Of a stretch of DNA of 34,640 nucleotides, positions 10,453-19,230 are shown piece by piece; position 1 is the first letter of the stretch, and the number at the start of each line of letters is the position of its first letter. The notes beneath the pieces were generated by a model. The model had not been told where the DNA came from, ran no database searches, and saw only the letters and a program-made list of their open reading frames with translations. A program made the translations under genes and the position numbers. This DNA is from Candidatus Heimdallarchaeota archaeon (GTDB lineage Archaea > Asgardarchaeota > Heimdallarchaeia > Heimdallarchaeales > Kariarchaeaceae). The DNA is taken from contig WAKA01000061.1 of NCBI GenBank assembly GCA_015523565.1, positions 1 through 34,640 on the forward strand. The letters are read 5' to 3'.

Positions 10453-11457
10453 ATTACAGCACGTAATAAGAATGCACCCCATAGAAGTAGTTTAGGATAT
10501 AGAAGATCTCGAGCAAGCAGTCACAAACCAAAAGTTCGGGGTTGGCCAGATTATGAAGGAGATCCCAAAATTTTGGCATTTCCAGGATTTAAGGCAGGAA
10601 TGACCAGAATTATTTACAAGGAGGACTCTCCAAAATCTCATGTTGCCAACATCGATAGAATTGCGGCAGTGACTGTAATTGAAACACCTCCAGTCATCCT
10701 TATGGGAATGAGAACCTATAAACAAACACCATATGGGTTGAAGATTTTGGCAGAAGCAAAATTACAAAGCCCATCCAAGCACATTAGACGCATTAAGGTC
10801 AAATTCCCAGATGAGGAGAAGTATAAAGAACAACTGGAGAATGTTGAGAAAACAGCAGACCAAGCCGTGCAGTTGAGAGCGATTGTTCACACCCAACCAG
10901 ATTTGACTGGAATTGGAACAAAGAAGCCCAGCATCTTTGAAATAAGAGTTGGTGCCAAATCAGTTTCTGAAGGAATTAATTGGCTTAAGGAAAAGATGGG
11001 AAAAGAGCTTCAAATTGAGGACTTTACAAAACCAGGACAATATGTCGATGTGATAGGCATTACAAAAGGTAAAGGCTTCCAAGGACCAGTTAAAAGGCAT
11101 GGCATTACCCTGTTACAACACAAATCCAAGCACACAAAAAGAGGAGTTGGATCAATTGCACCATGGACACCAGCAAGAGTCCAATGGGTATTACCTAGAT
11201 ATGGGCAATTAGGGTATTTCAGGAGAACAGAATACAACAAGAGAGTCATGATGGTAGGAACCAATCCAGATGAGATCAATCCGAAAGGGGATTTTGTCAA
11301 ATATGGAAAGGTCAAGAACAGATACGTTGTGTTGAAAGGTTCTGTACCAGGACCGAAAAAACGCATGGTCATGTTAAGAGATGGTATGAGAAATCAAAAC
11401 AAACTTATCAAGGAGCCACGGATCACATACGTATCCCTTGAATCACAAATGAGGTAA
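10453..11457 (+). CDS. rpl3: 50S ribosomal protein uL3, probable ATT start
   Basis: GFKAGMT, TKGKGFQGPVKR, KGSVPGP. The conserved N-terminus (NAPHRSSLGYRRSRA...VRGWP) is in frame upstream of the ORF-track TTG; only ATT 10453 is a plausible start after in-frame stop 10444-46. Confidence 0.93.
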   Translation: MTARNKNAPHRSSLGYRRSRASSHKPKVRGWPDYEGDPKILAFPGFKAGMTRIIYKEDSPKSHVANIDRIAAVTVIETPPVILMGMRTYKQTPYGLKILAEAKLQSPSKHIRRIKVKFPDEEKYKEQLENVEKTADQAVQLRAIVHTQPDLTGIGTKKPSIFEIRVGAKSVSEGINWLKEKMGKELQIEDFTKPGQYVDVIGITKGKGFQGPVKRHGITLLQHKSKHTKRGVGSIAPWTPARVQWVLPRYGQLGYFRRTEYNKRVMMVGTNPDEINPKGDFVKYGKVKNRYVVLKGSVPGPKKRMVMLRDGMRNQNKLIKEPRITYVSLESQMR

Positions 11458-11471
11458 GTTGGAGGTGAAAA

Positions 11472-12248
11472 ATGATGATTAGCGTATTAAATGTAAAGGG
11501 AAACAAAACCAAAAGAAAAATAGAGTTGCCACCTGTGTTCAATACAGATTACCGCCCTGATGTGATCCGACGTGCAGTACTTAGTGAACAAAGTAAGCAA
11601 AAACAACCACAGGGACGTTATCCACTTGCCGGAAGAATTGTTGCGGCATCATCCTTGGGTCCAGGAAGAGGAGCATCCAAGATTCCACGAACACATGGAA
11701 GTGGAACACCTTCTGCTGGAAGAGGGGCATTTGTTCACAGTGCGGTTGGAGGAAAAATGCTCTTTCCACCCACTCCCGAAAAAAAGATTGTAGAAAAGAT
11801 CAATAAAAAAGAGCATAAGCTTGCTTTAAAATCTGCAATTGCGGCAACAAAAGAAAGGAACTTTGTTGAGCAGAGAGGTCATAGAGTCAGTGAAAAAGTC
11901 CAATTCCCCATCATCATAGAGGATAAATTTACAGATGTTCAAAAAACAGCAGAAGTAAAAACTGTCCTTGAAAACCTTGGATTGGGAATGGATCTTGAAA
12001 GATGCAATGTCCGTAAAATCAGGGCAGGAAAAGGAAAAAGAAGAGGGCGAAAATACCGGAAAAAGGTAGGGCCCCTTATTGTCGTTGTTGAAGACTGTCC
12101 ACTTTTGAAGGCAGCAAAGAATATCCCTGGTGTGGAAGTAGTTGAACTTCGACATATGAAGGTTGAAAACTTGGCACCAGGAGGAGATCCAGCAAGGCTG
12201 ACCGTTTGGACAGAAAAGGCCATTGCCCAATTGAAGGATATGGAGTGA
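11472..12248 (+). CDS. rpl4: 50S ribosomal protein uL4
   Basis: RPDVIRRAV, GPGRGASKIPR, RAGKGKRRGR, LAPGGDPARLTVWT; SD GGAGGTGA. Confidence 0.96.
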   Translation: MMISVLNVKGNKTKRKIELPPVFNTDYRPDVIRRAVLSEQSKQKQPQGRYPLAGRIVAASSLGPGRGASKIPRTHGSGTPSAGRGAFVHSAVGGKMLFPPTPEKKIVEKINKKEHKLALKSAIAATKERNFVEQRGHRVSEKVQFPIIIEDKFTDVQKTAEVKTVLENLGLGMDLERCNVRKIRAGKGKRRGRKYRKKVGPLIVVVEDCPLLKAAKNIPGVEVVELRHMKVENLAPGGDPARLTVWTEKAIAQLKDME

Positions 12249-12253
12249 TAGAA

Positions 12254-12514
12254 ATGGAAAACCATGAAATAATAATCAGACCCGTCTTCTCTGAATCAAT
12301 TTTCGACTTGATTTACAAGGAGAACAAGATACTCTTTGAAGTCAACAAGAATGCAAATAAATTCCAGATAAAACGGGCGGTACAAGAATTATACAATGTC
12401 AAGGTTGTAAAGGTGAACACAATGATTACACCACGGGGAACCAAAAAAGCCATAGTTAAATTGGCTAAGGAATACCCTGCTGATGACTTGGCATCTGAGC
12501 TAAATCTATTCTAA
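12254..12514 (+). CDS. rpl23: 50S ribosomal protein uL23
   Basis: IIRPVFSE, ANKFQIKRAV, KVNTMITPRGTKKAIVKL. Confidence 0.95.
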   Translation: MENHEIIIRPVFSESIFDLIYKENKILFEVNKNANKFQIKRAVQELYNVKVVKVNTMITPRGTKKAIVKLAKEYPADDLASELNLF

Positions 12515-12526
12515 TGAGGTGAAAAA

Positions 12527-13270
12527 ATGGGTAAAAAAATTCTTGTTCAAAGGCGTGGCCGTGGTGGACCTGTTTTCAGGGCAGCAGGGCACAAACGAAT
12601 TGAACCAATCAAGTACAGGAAATTCTCTAGGGAAGAATTGTCATCAAAATTCACAGCTAGAGTTGTTTCTCTTCACCATGAACCAGGAAGAGGTGCACCC
12701 CTTGCAAAAATCCTTTTTTATGATGGTCAGTATAAATATGTCCTTCCTGCTGAAGGGCTTGCAGTTGGGGACACCATTGAATATGGAGCAACAGCAGAAA
12801 TTGCCCCAGGAAATGTTCTTCCTTTGAAATTCATGCCAGTCAGAACCCCAATTTTCAACATAGAACTGCGTGCAGGCGATGGAGGAAAATTGGTGAGGTC
12901 TGCTGGAGCAACCGCCACAGTTGATTCAATTACAGATAAATGGGTTTATGTCAAACTCCCCTCAGGGCGCATTAAAAAGTTCCCACCAGAGGCAAGAGCC
13001 ACAGTAGGCGTAGTTGCAGGGGGCGGCATCACTAAGAAACCCTTGATGAAGGCAGGCAATAAATACCATAAACTGAGGGCAAAGGGTCATAAATACCCAA
13101 GAGTAAGAGGCACTGCAATGAACCCAGTGAAACACCCACATGGTGGTGGTGCACACCAGTCCCCACCAAGATCAACCACCGTTTCACGTAATGCCCCACC
13201 AGGCAGAAAAGTGGGTCTTATTGCGGCCAGACGTACAGGTATTAAACGTGGTCGTCAAGCAAAGATGTAA
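12527..13270 (+). CDS. rpl2: 50S ribosomal protein uL2
   Basis: MGKKILVQRRGRG, HEPGRGAP, PRVRGTAMNPVKHPHGGG, GLIAARRTG. Confidence 0.98.
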   Translation: MGKKILVQRRGRGGPVFRAAGHKRIEPIKYRKFSREELSSKFTARVVSLHHEPGRGAPLAKILFYDGQYKYVLPAEGLAVGDTIEYGATAEIAPGNVLPLKFMPVRTPIFNIELRAGDGGKLVRSAGATATVDSITDKWVYVKLPSGRIKKFPPEARATVGVVAGGGITKKPLMKAGNKYHKLRAKGHKYPRVRGTAMNPVKHPHGGGAHQSPPRSTTVSRNAPPGRKVGLIAARRTGIKRGRQAKM

Positions 13271-13272
13271 AA

Positions 13273-14157
13273 TCAATAAAAAACATTTGCAGATTTATCA
13301 AATTTAATTTTTTTTCGAAATTCAGGAAGAATAGGATTATCTTCTAAGTTTAGCCATTTTAAATTGGGAAATAGATCAGTCATGTTAGATGGAAGTTCCG
13401 TCAGTTCATTTCCTGACAAATCAAGCCTCTTTAAGCTAATCAGTTCTTTTCCAATGTTGATTGAGAATATGTTGTTCCCAGAAAGATTTAACTCAGTGAC
13501 AGTTAGAGGTAAATCATTGAAATCAAAGTGAGTAATCCTATTGTCACGAAGATTTAAGGTCTCAATCTCTACACCCTGAAAAAATCCATGAGGGATTTCC
13601 TGAATGCTATTGCTTGAAAGATCCAAAATTTTGAGGTCTAAAGTTGAAATAAGGTTGTGCCTTAATGAAACAAGGGAATTGCGATGGATGTCAAGCACCA
13701 ATAAATTTCGGAGGTGGTTAAAAGTGCCTTCCTCGATATCGTGAATTAGATTCTCATTGAGATAAAGACGTTCAAGATTCCTGTTGTTCCAAAACAGATT
13801 TTTTGGAATGTATTCAAGCCTATTTTTGGAAAGGTCTAATTCACGGAGGTTTGGCATTTTTGAAAAAAAGTTTTCTGGAATGGATTGCAGGTCATTTAAT
13901 GCCAAATGAAGTTTTTCAAGGTAGGGAAGTCTTAATTTGAGGGGTTGTGGAATTTCAACCATTCGCATTTCAGAAAGATAAAGCTCAACTATTCTTGTTT
14001 TACCTTGTATCTTTCTGGTCACTAATTGGTTCCTCGATATGCCTAATTTTTTATGCAATTCCTGGATTTGCGCGGTATCATCCATCATAGAATAAGTCGA
14101 GTACGTCACTAAAAAAGACGATGTTAAATCCAAAATTTCAATAAAATAACGCATCAA
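13273..14157 (-). CDS. Leucine-rich repeat protein
   Basis: About 9-10 LxxLxLxxNxL repeats (e.g. LRELDLSKNRL, LERLYLNENLI, LKWLNLEDNPI); start uncertain. Confidence 0.9.
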   Translation of the reverse strand: MMRYFIEILDLTSSFLVTYSTYSMMDDTAQIQELHKKLGISRNQLVTRKIQGKTRIVELYLSEMRMVEIPQPLKLRLPYLEKLHLALNDLQSIPENFFSKMPNLRELDLSKNRLEYIPKNLFWNNRNLERLYLNENLIHDIEEGTFNHLRNLLVLDIHRNSLVSLRHNLISTLDLKILDLSSNSIQEIPHGFFQGVEIETLNLRDNRITHFDFNDLPLTVTELNLSGNNIFSINIGKELISLKRLDLSGNELTELPSNMTDLFPNLKWLNLEDNPILPEFRKKIKFDKSANVFY

Positions 14158-14497
14158 GTAAATCTCTTATAGAATTTCTTATTGCCTTGTTTGGTTCATG
14201 AATGTAAATCTGTTTGAGCTCGGCAATTTGTAATTTATGCGTTGGATTTATCCATTCACTGAGTTTCTCAATTGCATCCAATTTTTGTCCAATGGATTTT
14301 GACGTGATCAAAACTTGGATTAGATCCTCAACTAGAAATATCTGTAATAGATCTGCAAGTTCCATTTCCTCTCTGATTGCCTTAGATTTTTGTGCGGAAT
14401 TGGGCTGGTTCATGAGTGCAAGATTGAATTCATGGTCATTCATGTATTGGAACCTTGCTTCCAGATCGACTACCATAAATAACAATTCAAGTTTCAC
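14138..14497 (-). CDS. Hypothetical helical protein, HEAT-like C-terminal half
   Basis: 119-aa ORF overlapping the LRR ORF; QKLDAIEKL...EPNKAIRNSIRDLL resembles a HEAT helix pair. Confidence 0.55.
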   Translation of the reverse strand: MKLELLFMVVDLEARFQYMNDHEFNLALMNQPNSAQKSKAIREEMELADLLQIFLVEDLIQVLITSKSIGQKLDAIEKLSEWINPTHKLQIAELKQIYIHEPNKAIRNSIRDLLDALFY

Positions 14498-14652
14498 TTA
14501 ATAAAGCACTGAAGAGTACATTAAATGTGAAGAATAAAAAAAAGATGCACAGCAGATTAATTTTCACTATAAATTATAAGAATTAATGTGAGATTTTAAT
14601 TTTTATGCAAACCTAAAGTTCAATTTATCATCAAGAAGTTCAAATATGAATT

Positions 14653-14952
14653 GTGGGGCATTTCAAGCTTCAAAAGTTGGAAGAGTTCTTGGACAGGAAT
14701 GAGACAATCCATGAAGTTGGAGAAATTGGCAATGAGGCATATCTATTTACAGAAAATAGGATATTTATTTATGACAAAGATGGGTGGATATATGAGTTTT
14801 ATCCAGAAGAAATCATAATGGAACCGTTGAGGATAAAAGGAAAAGAATATCTCCACATTGATTATTTGAAAAGTTATGATTATTTTTTCGAGGATTTGGG
14901 GAAAAAGGCAAAAGAACTATCAGAAAGATTCCAATATTATTTTGGAGGATAA
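14653..14952 (+). CDS. Small protein, possible prokaryotic PH-like domain
   Basis: FLDRNETI...AYLFTENRIFIY resembles the LxxxE...lxxTxxRli signature of bPH domains. Confidence 0.5.
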   Translation: MGHFKLQKLEEFLDRNETIHEVGEIGNEAYLFTENRIFIYDKDGWIYEFYPEEIIMEPLRIKGKEYLHIDYLKSYDYFFEDLGKKAKELSERFQYYFGG

Positions 14953-15029
14953 ATTATTTCATGGATTTTTAAATAAAATAACGTAAGTTCTCTCAATCCT
15001 TAAAAAGAGAGAGACCTGTTTGAATTTGG

Positions 15030-17930
15030 ATGGCCATTTCCGACCCGCATGCTTTAGCACTGCAAAATATTCTTACAGAATATGGGACAGACACTGAAAA
15101 AGGGCTTCTACTTAAAAAAGTTCGGGAATTGAGAGATAGATTCGGTAAGAACGAGGTGACAACTAAAACACCCAGCTTCTGGAAGATCTATTTAGCACCA
15201 CTGTTTGATATATTAATCACAATTTATCTGATCATGACAGGTATTTTGGTCATTTTGGCAATATGGTATCCACCCATTTTAGGACAAGTATTGTTTTGGC
15301 TATCCATAATAGCTTTTAACATGATTATCGCAGTGTTCCAGCAATACAGGGCTCAAAAAAAATTGGATGCATTAAAGGACTTGTCGCCACCAAAGGCAAC
15401 TGTAGTTCGTGAAGGAAATATTGCAGAAATAAGGGCAAGTCTGCTTGTACCAGGTGACCTAGTCAAACTTGATTTGGGAGACAGAATTCCCGCAGATATG
15501 AGAATCATTAAGTCATCATCACTGACAGTCAATGAGGCATCGTTGACAGGAGAAAGCAAGGCAGTCTCAAAAATGGAGGATGGATCAAAGCCTTTGCCAA
15601 AAGATACACCAATTGCAGAAAGGGCAAACATGCTTTATATGGGAACATTTGTTCAGACAGGAACAGCCACAGCAGTTGTCGTAAGTATAGGAAATGAAAC
15701 AGAACTTGGCAAGATCGCCAGTGAAATTTCAGAAATGCAGACTCTTGAAATCCCACTCAGAAGCAGGGTTAATGCAATTGCAAAGAAACTTGTTCTTGTC
15801 ATGCTCATTCTTTTTGTCGCATCTGTTTCTTTCAAAATCTATTTCAGAATCACCAATCAAATGGAGTTGACTCCAGAAGCAATAGCCCAAGATCTTGTTC
15901 AAAGTGTAATCACAGCCATGTCGGTAATGCCCATTAACATCCCCTTGCTGACAACCATTGTTCTTATCACGGGAGTTGTGAAAATGGCTTCAGAAAATGT
16001 GATAATAAAAGAACTCTCCGTGATTGAGACATTGGGAAGAACATCAGTCCTTTGTTCAGACAAGACGGGAACAATGACGACTTCAAAAATGACGGTTTCT
16101 AGGTTATGGGACACTGAAAATTACTACGCAGTAAAATTTGATGAAACAGGGGAAGTCTCCATTTTCATGATTGATGAAAGCATGAAAAGAGATGCCAGTG
16201 AACTTGAACAATTTGTTTTCAGCCAAATGAACCAAATCGGAAGGGACACGGCCATTGAACTTCTTTTAACTGCAACAACCCTAAATAACGATGCAACCTT
16301 AGTTATCGAGGACGTCTATGGGGAAAAAGGGTTAAGCCTTTGGGAAGCAGTAGGGAATGCCACTGACGCGGCCTTTTTGGTGCTTGCATATAGAACAACC
16401 CTTGATCAAAATTACATAAGACAAAGATATATCAAGATTAGGGAATATCCATTCAATTCCACTGTCAAAAGAATGACAAAGCTGTTCAAGGATACCGAAG
16501 AGGGAGACTACATGATTTTCTCAAAAGGCGCCGCAGAAGTCCTTTTACCACGTTGTACACATATTGGAAATGAGGGAGAGAATAAGGTCAGACCTTTTAA
16601 GGAAGGAGAAAAAGAGAAAATCCAGAAAGATATCGATAGCTTTGCAAATTTAGGGTATAGGGTTGTAGCAGTTGCATACCGTGCAATCACGTCATTTCCT
16701 GATTTTTCAGATGCAATTGAGGAAAGGGAGTGGATGGAAAACAATCTAACATTTATTGGATTTGCATGTCTTTTAGACCCTCCAAGACCAGGGGTGAAAG
16801 AAGCAGTAGCAAAGCTGGATCAGGCGGGCATATTTCCAATCATGATAACGGGGGATTCCCCAAAAACGGCATCAACAATTGCGGCACAGGTAGGAGTTTT
16901 GGATCCTGACGAAATTGTGATTGAAGGAAAAGACATCTTAAAACTATCAGATGAGGAATTTTTCAAAGTCTCTGTCTTTGCACGCGTTTCCCCCCAAGAC
17001 AAAAAACTTATTGTAGACAAATATCAAAAAAGGGGAGATGTTGTTGCCATGACAGGGGATGGAGTTAATGACTCCCTTGCCATAACAAGAGCGGATGCAG
17101 GAGTTGCAATGGGGATTACAGGAACAGAAGTGACCAAGGAAGCGGCAGATATTATCCTTGCAGATGATTCCTATGTCAGCCTTGTAAAAGGGGTAGAACA
17201 AGGAAGGGGATTGTTTGAAAAGATTCGAATGATAATTTTCTTTTTTATTGCCGTGAATATCGCAGAAGGTATCGTCTACTTTTCCACATCATTCATCCCA
17301 GGATTTGTCCTTCTTAACAATTTGCAACGTGCGTATATCTTTTCCATAATGCATGGCATTCCCCCTGTCGTGCTCATTTTTGATTCGATTGCAGAAGACA
17401 TTATGGAACTGAAGCCGAGACAGCATGACGCCATCATTAACAAACGCTTGTTTGGAGCAATGACTGTTTTTTTTGCCTCATTCTCTTTAGTTTTGCTTAC
17501 AGCATATTTTGGAAATTACTTCGGCATTATCCCTGTGACAGAGTATAATCTTTCAGGAATGGTGCCAAACCTAAACAGCTCTAAATTGAGCGCAATATCC
17601 TATGAACAGGCAAAGGCAAGAACCATGCTAATTACAGTGATATATCTTACAGAATCAATGTTTATCCTTTCAATCCGAAGAATTAACCAAAGCATAATCT
17701 ATAGCTTACGAAACAGTGACTTGTTTGTCATCTCTATGGTATTGTTTGGCCCATTGCTTCATGCAACCGTTATGTATACAAATTTTCAAAGGGCATTTCC
17801 AGCCATATCTGTAGAGATAATTCGTTTATCATTGACAGATTGGCTATTGGCACTGACACTTTCAGCAATACCCATCCTTATGCTTGAATTATATAAAACC
17901 ATAATGAGAAAAAGAAATAGACAATTCTGA
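15030..17930 (+). CDS. P-type ATPase, P2A-like scaffold with atypical transport site
   Basis: LTGES, DKTGTMT, KGAAE, DPPR, MITGD, GDGVND all present; about 10 TM segments. Confidence 0.95.
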   Translation: MAISDPHALALQNILTEYGTDTEKGLLLKKVRELRDRFGKNEVTTKTPSFWKIYLAPLFDILITIYLIMTGILVILAIWYPPILGQVLFWLSIIAFNMIIAVFQQYRAQKKLDALKDLSPPKATVVREGNIAEIRASLLVPGDLVKLDLGDRIPADMRIIKSSSLTVNEASLTGESKAVSKMEDGSKPLPKDTPIAERANMLYMGTFVQTGTATAVVVSIGNETELGKIASEISEMQTLEIPLRSRVNAIAKKLVLVMLILFVASVSFKIYFRITNQMELTPEAIAQDLVQSVITAMSVMPINIPLLTTIVLITGVVKMASENVIIKELSVIETLGRTSVLCSDKTGTMTTSKMTVSRLWDTENYYAVKFDETGEVSIFMIDESMKRDASELEQFVFSQMNQIGRDTAIELLLTATTLNNDATLVIEDVYGEKGLSLWEAVGNATDAAFLVLAYRTTLDQNYIRQRYIKIREYPFNSTVKRMTKLFKDTEEGDYMIFSKGAAEVLLPRCTHIGNEGENKVRPFKEGEKEKIQKDIDSFANLGYRVVAVAYRAITSFPDFSDAIEEREWMENNLTFIGFACLLDPPRPGVKEAVAKLDQAGIFPIMITGDSPKTASTIAAQVGVLDPDEIVIEGKDILKLSDEEFFKVSVFARVSPQDKKLIVDKYQKRGDVVAMTGDGVNDSLAITRADAGVAMGITGTEVTKEAADIILADDSYVSLVKGVEQGRGLFEKIRMIIFFFIAVNIAEGIVYFSTSFIPGFVLLNNLQRAYIFSIMHGIPPVVLIFDSIAEDIMELKPRQHDAIINKRLFGAMTVFFASFSLVLLTAYFGNYFGIIPVTEYNLSGMVPNLNSSKLSAISYEQAKARTMLITVIYLTESMFILSIRRINQSIIYSLRNSDLFVISMVLFGPLLHATVMYTNFQRAFPAISVEIIRLSLTDWLLALTLSAIPILMLELYKTIMRKRNRQF

Positions 17931-18011
17931 GATTTTAAATAAGCAAACAACAACAAGGATTTGTTGAAATCAGGATTGGAAAAATACCTTTTGAAAGAAC
18001 ATCCAAATTCA

Positions 18012-18476
18012 ATGAAGCCATTTAAAAAAGCAGTATTGGGAGGGACTTTTGATAGGCTACACAGTGCACATAAAAAACTTCTGGAAACAGCCGCATGCCT
18101 TGCACAGAATGTGTTCATTGGAATTGTTGGAGATGCACTTGGAAAAAAACTTTTTCCAAAAAAGAAACATAATGAGCTCATCCAACCCTTTAATGTTCGA
18201 AAAGAAAATGTGGAAAGTTTTATGAAAAAATTCAGGTGTAACGTTGAAATCGGTGAGCTTAAAGACCCATGGGGACCTGCACCTTATGATGAAAATGCAG
18301 ATCTGATTGTAGTGTCAGAGGAAACAAAACCTGCTGCAGAAAAGATCAACGAAATGAGAAAGGAAAATAATTTACCACCACTTCATATATATGTCATTGA
18401 ATGGATAATTGACAGGGATGGAAAGCCTATTTCGTCTACAAAGCTTCGGGAGAAAGAGGCTAAATCCTCCTCTTGA
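18012..18476 (+). CDS. coaD: Phosphopantetheine adenylyltransferase (archaeal/eukaryotic type)
   Basis: LGGTFDRLHSAH, DPWGP, IVVSEET, ISSTKLR. Confidence 0.9.
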   Translation: MKPFKKAVLGGTFDRLHSAHKKLLETAACLAQNVFIGIVGDALGKKLFPKKKHNELIQPFNVRKENVESFMKKFRCNVEIGELKDPWGPAPYDENADLIVVSEETKPAAEKINEMRKENNLPPLHIYVIEWIIDRDGKPISSTKLREKEAKSSS

Positions 18477-18939
18477 ATTTAGCCAGCCCGATTGCAATGG
18501 TGCCAATAGAACCAATGTCTCCCACAGGAAGCTGTACAGTTTCCCCCATATCCAAATCCTTTCTTGAAAGACCAGGGTCACTTCCACCAAAGACAATGGC
18601 AACCTTTTTACCCTTTAGACTTTCCACAAACTCTTCATCCAGTTGCTTATCCCCATATGGTGGAGGAGCCACTAGAACCAATGCTTCAGGTGAGAAAAGA
18701 TCAACAATGTCCTGTAGACCATTGAGGAAAAGAAAATTAACACCAGCCCTATACGCAAGTTTTTGTGCATTGGGAATCCCTTTCTGTGCAGCAGATCCCT
18801 GTGCCTGTGAAATGACAATCGTCCGATATCCCAAGCCAATGGCAATCCTGACAAATTCTGTACATCGGTTTGAGGAATTGACATTGTGCATTACAACAAT
18901 TGGCCACTTGTTGTCCATACCCAAAGTGAACTTCGCCAC
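18460..18939 (-). CDS. DUF2122-like SPOUT-fold protein (putative RNA methyltransferase)
   Basis: HNVNSSNR, GSAAQKGIP, knot-like VFGGSDPGLS, IGSIG. Confidence 0.75.
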   Translation of the reverse strand: MAKFTLGMDNKWPIVVMHNVNSSNRCTEFVRIAIGLGYRTIVISQAQGSAAQKGIPNAQKLAYRAGVNFLFLNGLQDIVDLFSPEALVLVAPPPYGDKQLDEEFVESLKGKKVAIVFGGSDPGLSRKDLDMGETVQLPVGDIGSIGTIAIGLAKFKRRI

Positions 18940-19088
18940 TATTTGAAAAATGCCATTGTTTCGCTATTCCTTAACAATCTCTCACTTAATTTTTATTGTT
19001 ACCTAATTTAATTCTTAAATACCACTCTGTTTTAACTAAGTATGTAACATCAACCACGGTTGATATGCGGAGGGTTCTCCTACCAGAA

Positions 19089-19211
19089 AGTTAAGCCCAG
19101 CATCGGACGACCCATGTACTGATTTCCGCGAGGGATCGGGAAAGGCGTCACGCTGTATTACGATTACGGTCATAGAGCCGGTGTGCACCCAGAAACATTC
19201 CGAACCTGGAT
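19089..19211 (+). rRNA. rrf: Circularly permuted 5S rRNA gene (3' half 19089-19157, linker 19158-19164, 5' half 19165-19211)
   Basis: The 3'-half motifs AGTTAAGCCC, TGTACTG, GCGA loop and GGGAAA precede the 5'-half motifs TACGGTCATAG, CACCCAG and 13-nt loop C ending CCGAAC; helices I-V can be paired. Confidence 0.88.
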
Positions 19212-19230
19212 AAGAAAGCAACTGTTGCAT

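Noticed and set aside
18473-18946. 157-aa + strand ORF
   Set aside because: Antisense shadow of the DUF2122-like gene
19055-19157. Non-permuted 5S using upstream ACGGT as the helix I 5' strand
   Set aside because: Would lack helix III and loop C (CCGAAC), which are intact downstream; the upstream segment also folds into its own hairpin ATCAAC-CACG-GTTGAT
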